From the IMG/VR virus record IMGVR_UViG_3300021962_009794: DNA of 64,000 nt. One strand, 5' to 3'. This document shows positions 37,425 through 47,383 of the stretch, piece by piece; within the stretch, counting starts at the first letter, position 1; every line of letters starts with the position of its first letter. Both the position numbers and the translations under genes were made by a program. A model generated the notes under the pieces. The model saw only the letters and a list, made by a program, of their open reading frames with translations, did no database searches and was not told where the DNA came from. Source of the DNA: a virus (Duplodnaviria > Heunggongvirae > Uroviricota > Caudoviricetes).

Positions 37425-39781
37425 TGAGAATAGCACAAATAACCCCAGGGGTAATTCCTATCCCGCCGAATGGATGGGGGGCTGTTGAAAAGATAATTTG
37501 GGAATACACTAAGGTTCTAAGAAATCTTGGTCACGAGGTTGAAATACTTTATACCGATGATGTTAGACCTGGTGAATGGGACATAGTTCACGTTCATATG
37601 GCTAATCTGGCTTTGATTCTTAAAGAAAGAGGAATACCTTATATCTTTTCACATCATGATCACCATGCGCATCATTTAGGAAAGGATTCGGAAGTTTATA
37701 AAAACAATCTCGAAGCTATGAAGGGATCTGTCCTTTCATTTGTTCATGCAAAATATTTAGTGGAGTATTTTGGATCACTTCCTCAGTTAAGATATCTTAG
37801 CCACGGTGCAAACCTTGATGACTATAAGTTTAAGGATAGGTCTAAGGATCTTCTCCAGAACGGGACAAGTTTAGTTATGATGGCAAACAACGGTCTTTTA
37901 GGAAACCCGCTGTTTGACAGAAAGGGATTTATCCCGGGTATAGAATGTGCAAGAAATTTGGATCTTCCGATAACTATAATTTGTCCAAGTAAAAACAACA
38001 AAGAATTCTTTGAGAAAAATTCATCAGCAGCAAACTATTCTAAGTTGAATATCCTATATGATGTTGACTATGAGAATACTTTAGCTGAATTGGATAAGCA
38101 TCACATCTTTATGAATTTAGGAGGAATCGAGGCAGGACATCCCAATCTAACTGTTACTGAAAGCATATCAATGGGTATTCCCGTTGTTGGATTAATGGAA
38201 TCAGATCTGGTTGGAATGAGAAGAATAGAATCTGTTGATTCGACAGAGATGATGAAGGGTGTAAAGGACGTGATCTCATCTTACCCTCAATATGTTTTAG
38301 GATGCAAAGAACAGAGGGAGCTAATTTCATGGGAAGTTATTGTTTCTAGAATGCTCATGGACTATGCTTCATTTGGCAAGATATCACAAAAGGACCTTAT
38401 CCTGAATGATTATAAATCTGTATCGAAGAAGGTCAGAAAAATAGAAGACAATGGATTTTATTGCTGGTTCAAAAGGAATCCACATTTTTACAAAGGATCA
38501 TACCCAGAGTGCGGCGGACAATCTATATTCTTTAGAGATGCAAGAACCAAAGCTGTTAAGGGATTTCTAAATAGTGGTAAAAGCAAAAGATCGTGGATAA
38601 CAATTCCTGATGTCACCCACGAATATGTTGACTGGGAGATTGTTATAAAGGACGGTGACGAAGTTCTCAAAACGATAAAGATGAATCTGGAAAATGAGCA
38701 TGTTCTTATTGAGCAGGGTAACATTAGAAGATCTGATCTCGAGGACATAGTCAAGGACTTTTTGTCCATGGCAAAGTGTATACCTTCTATATCGGAGAAC
38801 TCAAATTATCTGGCAGGTCTAAAGACTCCCCACTTTAAATACAAGGGTGGAGACGAATCAGGCTTTTATAGAGTTTTAAACACGGACCAAATAATAGATT
38901 TATTTAGTCCAAATTACGTCAAGTTACCGAATCCCCTTATAATCCTCCGGACCTCAGCTTTGGGTGACACCATATCATTTATGCCATATGCTGATGAGTA
39001 TGCTAGAAGACTGGGTATTAGATGTAATGTCGTAGCAAATTTCGGATTTCTATACACTGATTTATATCCAAATGTGAATATAATACAAATGCCGGATGAT
39101 TTAAGCGTGTATACGGACATTATATGCTGTGACTATATCTATGACTTACCTTTACAGTTAGGCTTCGCTAAACAGCTAGGATTAGCCGATATGGGCAAGT
39201 TAAGACCCCAACTTAAGGGATCAGGTAAACCTTCGCCCTTAAATAAGAGATATGTTTGCTTCTCCAGCCATAGTACAGCTCAGGCTAAGCACTGGAATAA
39301 CAATAACTCTTGGGAGAAGTTATGCGATATGCTGACTAAGAAGGGGCTAACCCCCGTTTGCATAGACAGATACTATAGCTTTGGTATAGAAGGAAACTGG
39401 AATGAGATACCCAACAACTGTCTAAATAAGACTGGAATGGAGCTAGCAGACATGATGCACTGGATAGAACACTGCGAATTCTTCGTAGGTTTATCTAGCG
39501 GCCTATCCTGGGTTGCACACGCTTTGGGTAAAAAAGTGGTGGTGATATCGGGGGTAACCAAAAAAGATAATGAATTTGATGAAGATTGTATAAGACTCCA
39601 TAAGGAAGAAGTCTGCAATTCTTGCTTCAACTATCCCGAAAAATTCCCATTTAATGCAGGAGATTGGTTGTGGTGTCCCGAACACAAAGGAACTCCTAGA
39701 CAGTTCGAGTGCACAAAAAAGATATCTGCTAAGCAGGTAATGGATGCTATAGAGGCTAAAGGCTGGGACAGGATAAAGTAA
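37424..39781 (+). CDS. GT4 glycosyltransferase fused to an Aah/TibC-type (strand-loop-strand) O-heptosyltransferase
   Basis: IPPNGWGAVEKII and EAGHPNL (GT4); SALGDT, AQAKHWN, GLSSGLSWVAHALGK and CNSC...WLWCP...FECTKKIS (iron-binding Cys pattern of Aah/TibC). Confidence 0.85.
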   Translation: MRIAQITPGVIPIPPNGWGAVEKIIWEYTKVLRNLGHEVEILYTDDVRPGEWDIVHVHMANLALILKERGIPYIFSHHDHHAHHLGKDSEVYKNNLEAMKGSVLSFVHAKYLVEYFGSLPQLRYLSHGANLDDYKFKDRSKDLLQNGTSLVMMANNGLLGNPLFDRKGFIPGIECARNLDLPITIICPSKNNKEFFEKNSSAANYSKLNILYDVDYENTLAELDKHHIFMNLGGIEAGHPNLTVTESISMGIPVVGLMESDLVGMRRIESVDSTEMMKGVKDVISSYPQYVLGCKEQRELISWEVIVSRMLMDYASFGKISQKDLILNDYKSVSKKVRKIEDNGFYCWFKRNPHFYKGSYPECGGQSIFFRDARTKAVKGFLNSGKSKRSWITIPDVTHEYVDWEIVIKDGDEVLKTIKMNLENEHVLIEQGNIRRSDLEDIVKDFLSMAKCIPSISENSNYLAGLKTPHFKYKGGDESGFYRVLNTDQIIDLFSPNYVKLPNPLIILRTSALGDTISFMPYADEYARRLGIRCNVVANFGFLYTDLYPNVNIIQMPDDLSVYTDIICCDYIYDLPLQLGFAKQLGLADMGKLRPQLKGSGKPSPLNKRYVCFSSHSTAQAKHWNNNNSWEKLCDMLTKKGLTPVCIDRYYSFGIEGNWNEIPNNCLNKTGMELADMMHWIEHCEFFVGLSSGLSWVAHALGKKVVVISGVTKKDNEFDEDCIRLHKEEVCNSCFNYPEKFPFNAGDWLWCPEHKGTPRQFECTKKISAKQVMDAIEAKGWDRIK

Positions 39782-39817
39782 GTTTCCAAAGATAAATAGT
39801 AGTAAAAACCAAAACGA

Positions 39818-40405
39818 ATGAAAAAAATCACATTTTTACTATTATTACTACCAATACTATCATTTGGACAAACCCTTAGAGATTCGGTTAGAGTAAAAAC
39901 CCCAATATATGAAGTTGTATATAGCGAAAAATTAGAGCAGCCAACTTGGATCCAGTACACAGTACAGTGTCCAAATGGTGCAGCTTCTAGGGCAGGCATG
40001 GATTTTTACACCAACGATTCGATAAAAACCTCAGATAATGCGGATTATATCAAGAATCTTTACGACAAGGGGCATTTAGCTCCAGCAGCTGATTTTAATT
40101 GTACCAAGGAGCTTCTATATCAAACTTTTAGTTATTTAAACTGTGCATTACAGAACCAGTATCTAAACAGAGGAGTATGGAGAATGCTAGAGGAATATGA
40201 GAGAGAATTAGCTAAAACTGAGAAAGTAACTGTTACAATAACAATGGGTTTCGATAAAAATTCGATCAAATTGCCTACAGGAGCCACGGTACCAAGCGGA
40301 TTCTATAAAACAATCTATTTAGAGAAGTCAAAGAAAACTATAAAATACTACTTTGCTAACGAAGCACCAAAAAAACCTAAATTCTCGGATTACATAATTA
40401 AATAA
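39818..40405 (+). CDS. secreted DNA/RNA non-specific endonuclease (NucA/EndA, beta-beta-alpha-Me)
   Basis: Signal peptide MKKITFLLLLLPILSFGQ; DKGHLAPAADF, Q...LNRGVW..LE; GATAAATA upstream. Confidence 0.9.
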   Translation: MKKITFLLLLLPILSFGQTLRDSVRVKTPIYEVVYSEKLEQPTWIQYTVQCPNGAASRAGMDFYTNDSIKTSDNADYIKNLYDKGHLAPAADFNCTKELLYQTFSYLNCALQNQYLNRGVWRMLEEYERELAKTEKVTVTITMGFDKNSIKLPTGATVPSGFYKTIYLEKSKKTIKYYFANEAPKKPKFSDYIIK

Positions 40406-40443
40406 TCTGAATAGATATATACATAAACATAAAATACATAAAA

Positions 40444-40830
40444 ATGGAAAGAATTGTATCATTTGACGACTTCAGAAAAAAAGCTAGCGAAATAGCAGAA
40501 GACGATCACATGGAAGGAGGAGATGAAAAACAGCACTACATGTTTTTCGCAAACCTAACTTCTATCAAGCACTACATAGACGAAATCCTCAAAATGGATC
40601 CAAAAGAAGTTGATAATCATCTTAGAAATGGTCACGATTGGGCTGCTGATCATATTGCTACGTCTAAAGACGATATTCAAGAAGTTGCTGATTGGATCAG
40701 AAACGAAATGGAGGGTCACAGTAAAGAAGAACCAGGCGAAGAGATGGGAATGATAGAGCCCGAAAATGTTGAGGTTGAAGTTGAAGACGACGAGAAGGAA
40801 GAGGGCGACGAAGACGAGGACGAAGAATAA
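40444..40830 (+). CDS. acidic hypothetical protein with MERIVSFDDF N-terminal motif
   Basis: 128-aa ORF; GATATATA at 40414-40421. Confidence 0.75.
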   Translation: MERIVSFDDFRKKASEIAEDDHMEGGDEKQHYMFFANLTSIKHYIDEILKMDPKEVDNHLRNGHDWAADHIATSKDDIQEVADWIRNEMEGHSKEEPGEEMGMIEPENVEVEVEDDEKEEGDEDEDEE

Positions 40831-40850
40831 TCTAAATTTAATTTATATTT

Positions 40851-40880
40851 AAAGCCAGATATTAATATCTGGCTTTTTTT
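40851..40880 (+). terminator. intrinsic terminator
   Basis: AAAGCCAGATAT-TA-ATATCTGGCTTT followed by T-tract. Confidence 0.85.
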
Positions 40881-40925
40881 GTGGAACATTGCAGAGGGCG
40901 TTAACTATGAAAATAAAATATCATT

Positions 40926-41561
40926 ATGGAAATAAGATTTGCTGACACTTTTGCCGATAGTATTAAAACACTGATAAGACACAATACCTGGTGGTATAAA
41001 ACATATTCCCTATTCAGATACGATATTCCAAGATTTATCAAGAATGTTTGGAAGTTTAGAAAACCCCTAGCTGATCACTACTGGTGGGATCACCATGCTA
41101 TGCTAAAGTTTATGGAGGTTGGATTTGATGACATGGCGGAAAAAATAGAAAAACATGGACTTGAGGTAGACATCAGCAGACTAAAGAAGGTTAAAGCCAT
41201 GAAGAGAGCTGCAGAGCTTATCAGAAACTATAACCAGGATCTTTATATTGAGATGGCTGAGAAAGAGCTGGGAAAGGTCGTATTGCATGATTGGGAATTT
41301 GAAGAGGCTGAGGATAAGCCAGGATACTCTAGATTGGTTGACAAAGAAACCGAAGAGGAGAAAGACCATAACAGAAAAGTATTTGAGAGAGCCCGCGAAA
41401 TAGGGGAGCAAGAATGGAATGAGTTGTGGAGAATCCTAAAAGGTCAGGACTACGAAGAATACAAAAAGATCTCCGAATCACTAACAGAAGAAGAACGCAG
41501 AGAAGAGGACCACTACTATAAGTGGTTCGACGGAACAGATCTTCGCGGATGGTGGGACTAA
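40926..41561 (+). CDS. helical hypothetical phage protein
   Basis: 211-aa ORF ending DLRGWWD. Confidence 0.75.
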   Translation: MEIRFADTFADSIKTLIRHNTWWYKTYSLFRYDIPRFIKNVWKFRKPLADHYWWDHHAMLKFMEVGFDDMAEKIEKHGLEVDISRLKKVKAMKRAAELIRNYNQDLYIEMAEKELGKVVLHDWEFEEAEDKPGYSRLVDKETEEEKDHNRKVFERAREIGEQEWNELWRILKGQDYEEYKKISESLTEEERREEDHYYKWFDGTDLRGWWD

Positions 41562-41570
41562 AAAATACAA

Positions 41571-42176
41571 ATGGAAGACATCAAGCACAACGAAAAAAGT
41601 ATACAGAAGAATCTCGAGAAAAGATTCGATAGTGGAAACATAAAGTACACCGTGGGTAATCTGTATCTATTTAAGGATAATTGGGAAACAGATTTCTTAG
41701 TGGTTCAGAAAAGCGGATACTGTTACGAGATAGAAATAAAAACCAGTAGATCCGATTTCTTCAATGATTTCAAGAAGGAGAATAAACACCTTATATTAAA
41801 CGAGGGCGTTTATATGAAGAAGAAATATAGGTACCATACAGACCCAGAAACAAAGAAAAGAACATCCGAACAATATTATGATCGGACTGAATGGAAATTC
41901 AGACCGAATAAATTTTACTACTGCGTACCGGAGGGTCTAATCAAGGCGGAAGAAGTCCCAGATTATGCTGGACTGATGTATGTAAATTCCTATGGAATAG
42001 TTACCACAATAAAGGAAGCTAAGTTTATTCACAAGGAGAAGCTGGAATTGACCAAAAAGCTCTGTGATAAGTTTTACTACTATTGGAAAAATACCAGAAG
42101 AGATCTTATTATCATGGAGAATGAAAATAAGAAATTAAATAAATTGAACGAAAACTTTAAAAAAATGCAGAATTAA
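41571..42176 (+). CDS. MmcB-like PD-(D/E)XK nuclease
   Basis: WETDFLVV...YEIEIKTSRSDFFND...PNKFYYCVP. Confidence 0.75.
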   Translation: MEDIKHNEKSIQKNLEKRFDSGNIKYTVGNLYLFKDNWETDFLVVQKSGYCYEIEIKTSRSDFFNDFKKENKHLILNEGVYMKKKYRYHTDPETKKRTSEQYYDRTEWKFRPNKFYYCVPEGLIKAEEVPDYAGLMYVNSYGIVTTIKEAKFIHKEKLELTKKLCDKFYYYWKNTRRDLIIMENENKKLNKLNENFKKMQN

Positions 42177-42208
42177 TTTTTTAATTCCGCGATACACGGT
42201 TATATTTG
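42177..42208 (+). promoter_or_regulatory. host sigma-A-type promoter (T-tract/CCG/N11/TATATTTG)
   Basis: Fixed-spacing motif copy. Confidence 0.7.
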
Positions 42209-42213
42209 CAAAA

Positions 42214-42546
42214 ATGAGTGAAAAGAGAAAAAAGAATACACCAACCATCAGTAAAATAGTAAAGGAATATAAAGACGCCACCACAACGGAGATATGGGAA
42301 GGTGTAAGAGATAATTTTCTTTATGGTTTTATTGGAGCTACCTTAGTTGTTTTTATAGCGACCAGAGTGGACATTGCGGTACTTGTTGGTTATCTAATTT
42401 ATTACATGTACGTAGGAAGGATAGTTAATAGACCAAAGTATGTAACATCACTAGGAAAACTTATAGTTTTTCCCGTTCCCTCGGCACTTGGTGCTTTTAT
42501 GGGATATAAGCTCTCGTATATTATGATAAGTTATCTCAATCCGTAA
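42214..42546 (+). CDS. multi-pass membrane protein
   Basis: Three hydrophobic segments. Confidence 0.7.
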   Translation: MSEKRKKNTPTISKIVKEYKDATTTEIWEGVRDNFLYGFIGATLVVFIATRVDIAVLVGYLIYYMYVGRIVNRPKYVTSLGKLIVFPVPSALGAFMGYKLSYIMISYLNP

Positions 42547-42557
42547 ATTTACAAAGA

Positions 42558-43295
42558 ATGTTCATAAAAAACCAAACCCCCTATTTAGGAAAGATCGAAT
42601 TAAAATTTGAAAAGTCCCCCTGGTACTCATCAGGAAGCAACAGGCTTAATAAGGTTCACTTGAATCTTGGATTCACAAAATTGGTCTCAAGGATCAAGCT
42701 AAAAAGAGATTTGAATGGACCCATTCCGGATCCTCAGAAGATCGAGTTAATCAACAAATATACAGGGGGAATAATAGGTAAACATACTTTCCATAATGAT
42801 GAACACATTTTGGAAAATTCTTTCCTAGCTCCAGACGGAACATATCTAGGTGATCTTTCCGAAGGCTGGAGATACTACAAAAACAGAATGATAGTAACAC
42901 AGAAAAAACCCCACGGGGTAGCTTTAGTAATGGAAAAAGATTTCTTCCATATGTCTCTAGATAGAAGAGGTATCGTTGAGGACTACTTTTCTGTTTTCGT
43001 CAAGGGATATTATGGTTACAGTCACAGAGGAGGAAATACTTTCAGATTAGGTGACAGATTATTTGACGAGAATTATGTCCCAGTAGAATCTGATTACAGC
43101 AAAGAAGAATGGGCTAAGTATAAAAAGAAAGCCAATGAATCTGAGATCAGAAATCGGAAAGATGGATGGCTAAAGGACGGAGATGAGTTTGAGATTGCTT
43201 CTATTATACCCTTTAATAGAAGAGGCAATATAACGATACAAACGTGGGAGCAAGCTGAACAAGCTGCGATTAATATTTCAAATTATTTGAGTTAG
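42558..43295 (+). CDS. hypothetical protein
   Basis: 245-aa ORF. Confidence 0.7.
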   Translation: MFIKNQTPYLGKIELKFEKSPWYSSGSNRLNKVHLNLGFTKLVSRIKLKRDLNGPIPDPQKIELINKYTGGIIGKHTFHNDEHILENSFLAPDGTYLGDLSEGWRYYKNRMIVTQKKPHGVALVMEKDFFHMSLDRRGIVEDYFSVFVKGYYGYSHRGGNTFRLGDRLFDENYVPVESDYSKEEWAKYKKKANESEIRNRKDGWLKDGDEFEIASIIPFNRRGNITIQTWEQAEQAAINISNYLS

Positions 43296-43322
43296 AGAAC
43301 TATAAACGTAAAACAAATAATA

Positions 43323-44324
43323 ATGGCAGATAGAAAAATTAAAGAAAAAATAATTCAAAAACTAAAACAACTGAAAGATATGGAAATTGAGATGGAAAAC
43401 GTTTACAGCACCGAGGAGCAGGAACCTTTAGACGAGTTGGAAACAGAGAAAAAAATTGATTTCGCCCAGTGGTCAGTAATGGGAGACGGCAGCTATATCG
43501 CAGCTCCTAAAGCGGAGAAAAAACTTCCCGCAGGTTTATATGAGTTTGAGTGGAACAACAGGGCCAACGAATGGTGTGTAATGAGACAAGCAATCAACAC
43601 CGATGAGCTCTATGAGCTTCCGACAACTGAGATTGGTGAGATTCTAACAGACATAAAATCTTTCTGGAAAAAATCCGAGCTATATAAATCATACAAGCTT
43701 ATGCACAAAAGAGGGATTTTACTATACGGGGATCCTGGCTGTGGTAAGTCTGGTATTTTACAGCTTTGTATGATGCACATCATCAAAGATCTATCCGGTG
43801 TTGTGATCAACATTAAAAATGAGGATTCTATTAAAGCTTATGTTGAGATGGTTCCTAAGTTGAGACAGATCGAACCAGATCGCCCATTAGTTGTTATTAT
43901 TGAAGATATTGATAGCGTTGCTGGGGATAGTAATTATTCCACTTCTGTGTTGCTTAATATACTTGATGGTATTAAGCAGATCGAAAATGTTGTTTACATA
44001 GCAACAACAAACTACCCCGAAAAATTGGAGGAGAGAATCACAAATAGGCCTTCACGTTTCGATAGAAGATACTACGTAGCTCCGCCTTCGAGAGAAGTTA
44101 GAAAGGCTTATCTTTTGAATAAGATTGGAGAAAACAAAATCGACATAGACATTGAAAAATGGTTAGACGATACAGAGGATCTTTCTATGTCACACTTAAA
44201 AGAACTTTTCATCTCTGTAGTACTGTTAGATAACAAATACGAGAATGCTATAGAGCATCTAAATGGGATGAAGAAAAAACCCAGAGGGAAAAAAGAAAAA
44301 GAACTTGGATTCGGATCACGCTAA
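43323..44324 (+). CDS. AAA+ ATPase
   Basis: Walker A GDPGCGKS, Walker B IIEDID, ATTNY...RPSRFDRR. Confidence 0.92.
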   Translation: MADRKIKEKIIQKLKQLKDMEIEMENVYSTEEQEPLDELETEKKIDFAQWSVMGDGSYIAAPKAEKKLPAGLYEFEWNNRANEWCVMRQAINTDELYELPTTEIGEILTDIKSFWKKSELYKSYKLMHKRGILLYGDPGCGKSGILQLCMMHIIKDLSGVVINIKNEDSIKAYVEMVPKLRQIEPDRPLVVIIEDIDSVAGDSNYSTSVLLNILDGIKQIENVVYIATTNYPEKLEERITNRPSRFDRRYYVAPPSREVRKAYLLNKIGENKIDIDIEKWLDDTEDLSMSHLKELFISVVLLDNKYENAIEHLNGMKKKPRGKKEKELGFGSR

Positions 44325-44341
44325 ATAATAGAATAGAGGTA

Positions 44342-44536
44342 ATGAAACTGGAATTACAGTACAAAAATTATTTAAAAAATAATCCGGAATCGAAATTAAC
44401 ATTTGAGAGGTGGGTGATTGAAATAATGAGTCCTGTATTACAGAAAGCTCTATCAGAGTCGGTAAATCAAGATCCCGGTGTTGTTTGGTTTGATACAGAA
44501 ACTGGAAAATTAAATACAGAAAATGATGAGAATTAA
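44342..44536 (+). CDS. hypothetical protein
   Basis: 64-aa ORF. Confidence 0.5.
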   Translation: MKLELQYKNYLKNNPESKLTFERWVIEIMSPVLQKALSESVNQDPGVVWFDTETGKLNTENDEN

Positions 44537-44759
44537 AATAAGATTCGTAAAGAGAAAGAACGATTATCTAATTCAGAGAAAATCGTTCATGGGTTGGAAG
44601 TATATTGGCTACACCGTAGACATGGGATATGGATCGTTCCGGTATTTTTACTGCCAAGACACCAAGGAAAAATTGCTTGATGAGGTATTGGAAAAGTACT
44701 ACGAAGTCGATAAAAGATTTGTAGAAGTAACTGAATATCCACCTATTAAAATTTACTAA
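44523..44759 (+). CDS. hypothetical protein
   Basis: 78-aa ORF abutting thyA. Confidence 0.55.
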   Translation: MMRIKIRFVKRKNDYLIQRKSFMGWKYIGYTVDMGYGSFRYFYCQDTKEKLLDEVLEKYYEVDKRFVEVTEYPPIKIY

Positions 44760-45947
44760 ATGAACAACATAGACAAACAATACCAGGAGTTACTTCGAGA
44801 TATCTTGGATAACGGTATAGAGAAAAAAGACAGAACTGGTACGGGTACCATTTCAGTATTTGGTAGACAAATCCGTCATAAAATGAGTGAAGGATTTCCC
44901 TTACTTACAACCAAGAAGATGGCTTGGAAGACTATGGTGACCGAGTTATTATGGTTCTTACGTGGTGATACTAATATCAAGTACCTACTCGATAATAACT
45001 GTCACATCTGGAGTGGTGATGCTATCAAGAATTACGAAAAGCACAATGGCGTAATTGATTGGGGACCTTTTACAACAAAGGAAGAAGCTTTTGTTGAGTC
45101 AATGAAGGATGAAGGGTTTGCTAAACAGTGGGGTGAGCTAGGTCCGATATATGGTAAACAATGGAGAAGTTGGACTAAATATCGCTTCCATGGGACAGTT
45201 AGAGATAACGGTGGTTATGATATATCAGCAATAAATGCACCAATTGATCAAATCCAAAACCTAATCAACGACCTTAAAACAAATCCCGACTCAAGACGAT
45301 TGATGGTTAATGCTTGGAATGTAGGTGAATTAGACCAAATGGTACTTCCACCTTGTCATTATGGATTTCAAGTTTATACAAGAGAGTTAAGTTTGGAAGA
45401 GAGGAGAAAATTAGCAAATCACGATTCAGAATTTATCTCACCAATCACAGTAGAATCTTGGGATAGAGCTAATATACCAACCAGAGCAATCTCTTTAATG
45501 TGGAATCAACGTTCAGTAGATACATTCTTAGGTTTACCATTTAACATTGCCTCTTATGGTTTGTTACTTGAAATCATTGCCAAGACGGTTAACATGGTTC
45601 CTGACGAGCTAATTGGTAACTTGGGTGATGTTCACTTATATTCAAATCACATTGAACAAGCGAAAGAACAGATTGGCAGAGAGATGACTTGGGAAGAACA
45701 GGTACAGTGGGTTATGCGAAACACTGATGTCGAGATGGAGAATCTATACATTGTAGAAGAAATTGCAAAGGACACAACGCCAAAGCACACCAGACAGCCT
45801 TATCCGTTACCTAGGTTAAAACTCAACCCTATATTCTTAGCTAATTTGGAGCACAAAGGATTTGACGAGGCAGTTAACGGTCAGGTTAATTTCGAATTAG
45901 AAAATTACCAATCACATCCCGCAATCAAAGCTCCTTTATCAAATTAA
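44760..45947 (+). CDS. thyA: thymidylate synthase (canonical, Asn177 type) with in-frame insertions
   Basis: DRTGTGT, LGPIYGKQWR, SRRLMVNAWN, LPPCH, QRSVDTFLGLPFNIASY, HLYSNH. Confidence 0.97.
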   Translation: MNNIDKQYQELLRDILDNGIEKKDRTGTGTISVFGRQIRHKMSEGFPLLTTKKMAWKTMVTELLWFLRGDTNIKYLLDNNCHIWSGDAIKNYEKHNGVIDWGPFTTKEEAFVESMKDEGFAKQWGELGPIYGKQWRSWTKYRFHGTVRDNGGYDISAINAPIDQIQNLINDLKTNPDSRRLMVNAWNVGELDQMVLPPCHYGFQVYTRELSLEERRKLANHDSEFISPITVESWDRANIPTRAISLMWNQRSVDTFLGLPFNIASYGLLLEIIAKTVNMVPDELIGNLGDVHLYSNHIEQAKEQIGREMTWEEQVQWVMRNTDVEMENLYIVEEIAKDTTPKHTRQPYPLPRLKLNPIFLANLEHKGFDEAVNGQVNFELENYQSHPAIKAPLSN

Positions 45948-45949
45948 CC

Positions 45950-46177
45950 ATGGAATCTAAAAATAGAACAACTCTCCAGGATCTAATAGAATCAGTTAAG
46001 GAAATTGAATCTAGAGGAATAACTTTAACCATGAAAGGTGTTGTATCTATGTTGGAAAATAGCCTACCCAAGGAGAAGAAAAACATAAGGGATGCCTATG
46101 ATAAAGGTGAATTTAACCAAGGTTGTAATGGAGATTCAGAGGAGTATTACAATAAAGAATACGGAGAATTAAAATGA
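45950..46177 (+). CDS. hypothetical protein
   Basis: 75-aa ORF. Confidence 0.6.
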   Translation: MESKNRTTLQDLIESVKEIESRGITLTMKGVVSMLENSLPKEKKNIRDAYDKGEFNQGCNGDSEEYYNKEYGELK

Positions 46178-46548
46178 AAATAGCAGTTATTGCACACGAC
46201 GGAAAAAAGGCTGATATGGTTGCCTTTGTAATGAAGAGACTTGACTTCTTCAAGAAGGTTGATATAGTAGCAACAGGCACAACGGGTAAACACATCACCC
46301 ATGCTGGATTGGAAGTTAATTGCTTAAAATCTGGACCTATGGGAGGTGACGCTCAAATAGCATCAATGGTTTCTGATGGAGAAATAGCTGCCGTGGTATT
46401 CTTTGTTGATCCACTAGACGTACATCCGCATCAGGTCGATGTGAGCATGTTGCTTAGAATCTGCAATGTTTACAACACCCCTTTAGCCACAAACTATTCA
46501 ACTGCATCATTGATGATAGATGGATTAAAATACAGAGATAAAGAATAA
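46174..46548 (+). CDS. mgsA: methylglyoxal synthase
   Basis: IAHDGKK, ATGTTG, SGPMGGDAQI, FFVDP...PHQVDV..LLRIC, PLATN. Confidence 0.92.
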   Translation: MKIAVIAHDGKKADMVAFVMKRLDFFKKVDIVATGTTGKHITHAGLEVNCLKSGPMGGDAQIASMVSDGEIAAVVFFVDPLDVHPHQVDVSMLLRICNVYNTPLATNYSTASLMIDGLKYRDKE

Positions 46549-46551
46549 AGA

Positions 46552-46983
46552 ATGGAATTATTAAACACGCACCCAATCAAAAAATCTGATTTGGGATTTC
46601 ACGGAAACCTATTTGGTGGAAAATTATTAGCATGGATTGATGCTGCAGCAGCAGGGTATTCTATGCAATTATGCGACACTCCCCGAATGGTAACTGTACT
46701 CATAGATAAATGCTATTTTGAAAAACCCGCAAAGGAGGGTCAGCTGGTTAAGGTCTACGGGATACCAACAGATATCGGTCACACTTCTATAACTCTATAC
46801 ATCGAGGCAAGGGCTCACAACGTTTACACTGGCAGACAGATAGTGGTGCTCAAAACACACATTAAGTTTGTTCATATAGATGAAGAGGGCAATCCAATTC
46901 CAATTGGCGAGAAGGGGAGAAATTCAGTTGCACGGATGATAGAGGGAAACAAAGATCTTATAGAATCAATAAAAACAAAGTGA
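46552..46983 (+). CDS. hot-dog-fold acyl-CoA thioesterase (YciA-like)
   Basis: HGNLFGGKLLAWIDAAA...F.KP...G.TS. Confidence 0.88.
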   Translation: MELLNTHPIKKSDLGFHGNLFGGKLLAWIDAAAAGYSMQLCDTPRMVTVLIDKCYFEKPAKEGQLVKVYGIPTDIGHTSITLYIEARAHNVYTGRQIVVLKTHIKFVHIDEEGNPIPIGEKGRNSVARMIEGNKDLIESIKTK

Positions 46984-46984
46984 T

Positions 46985-47383
46985 ATGCTCGGAGTAATAG
47001 CTGGTAATTTTGACGTGATCCATCCAGGATACATTTATATGTTTAGCGAATGTAAAGCTAACTGCAAAGAATTTGTTGTTTTGCTGCACGAGGATCCCAC
47101 AATAGAAAGACCGGAAAAGTGCAAACCGGTTTTATCAGTGGAAGAGAGGACTGATATACTTTTATCACTTAAGCAAATAGATAATGTAATTACATATAGG
47201 AGTGAATCAGATCTTTATGAAATTCTAAAAAAGATGAATCCCGATGTTAGATTTCTAGGAGATGATTATATAGGGAAATCTTTTACTGGTGATGATCTAG
47301 AAATATCAATTCACTATCTGAACAGAGATCACGGATGGTCAACAACAAAATACAAAACTCTAATAGCTGAAAGCTTAAAATAA
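46985..47383 (+). CDS. cytidylyltransferase-like nucleotidyltransferase (TagD/RfaE-C family)
   Basis: GNFDVIHPGY (HxGH variant), KP..S.EER, GDDY, WSTT. Confidence 0.85.
   Translation: MLGVIAGNFDVIHPGYIYMFSECKANCKEFVVLLHEDPTIERPEKCKPVLSVEERTDILLSLKQIDNVITYRSESDLYEILKKMNPDVRFLGDDYIGKSFTGDDLEISIHYLNRDHGWSTTKYKTLIAESLK

Noticed and set aside
44760-45947. Intron or intein in the long thyA
   Set aside because: The extra length is several short in-frame insertions with no splicing or homing-endonuclease motifs.
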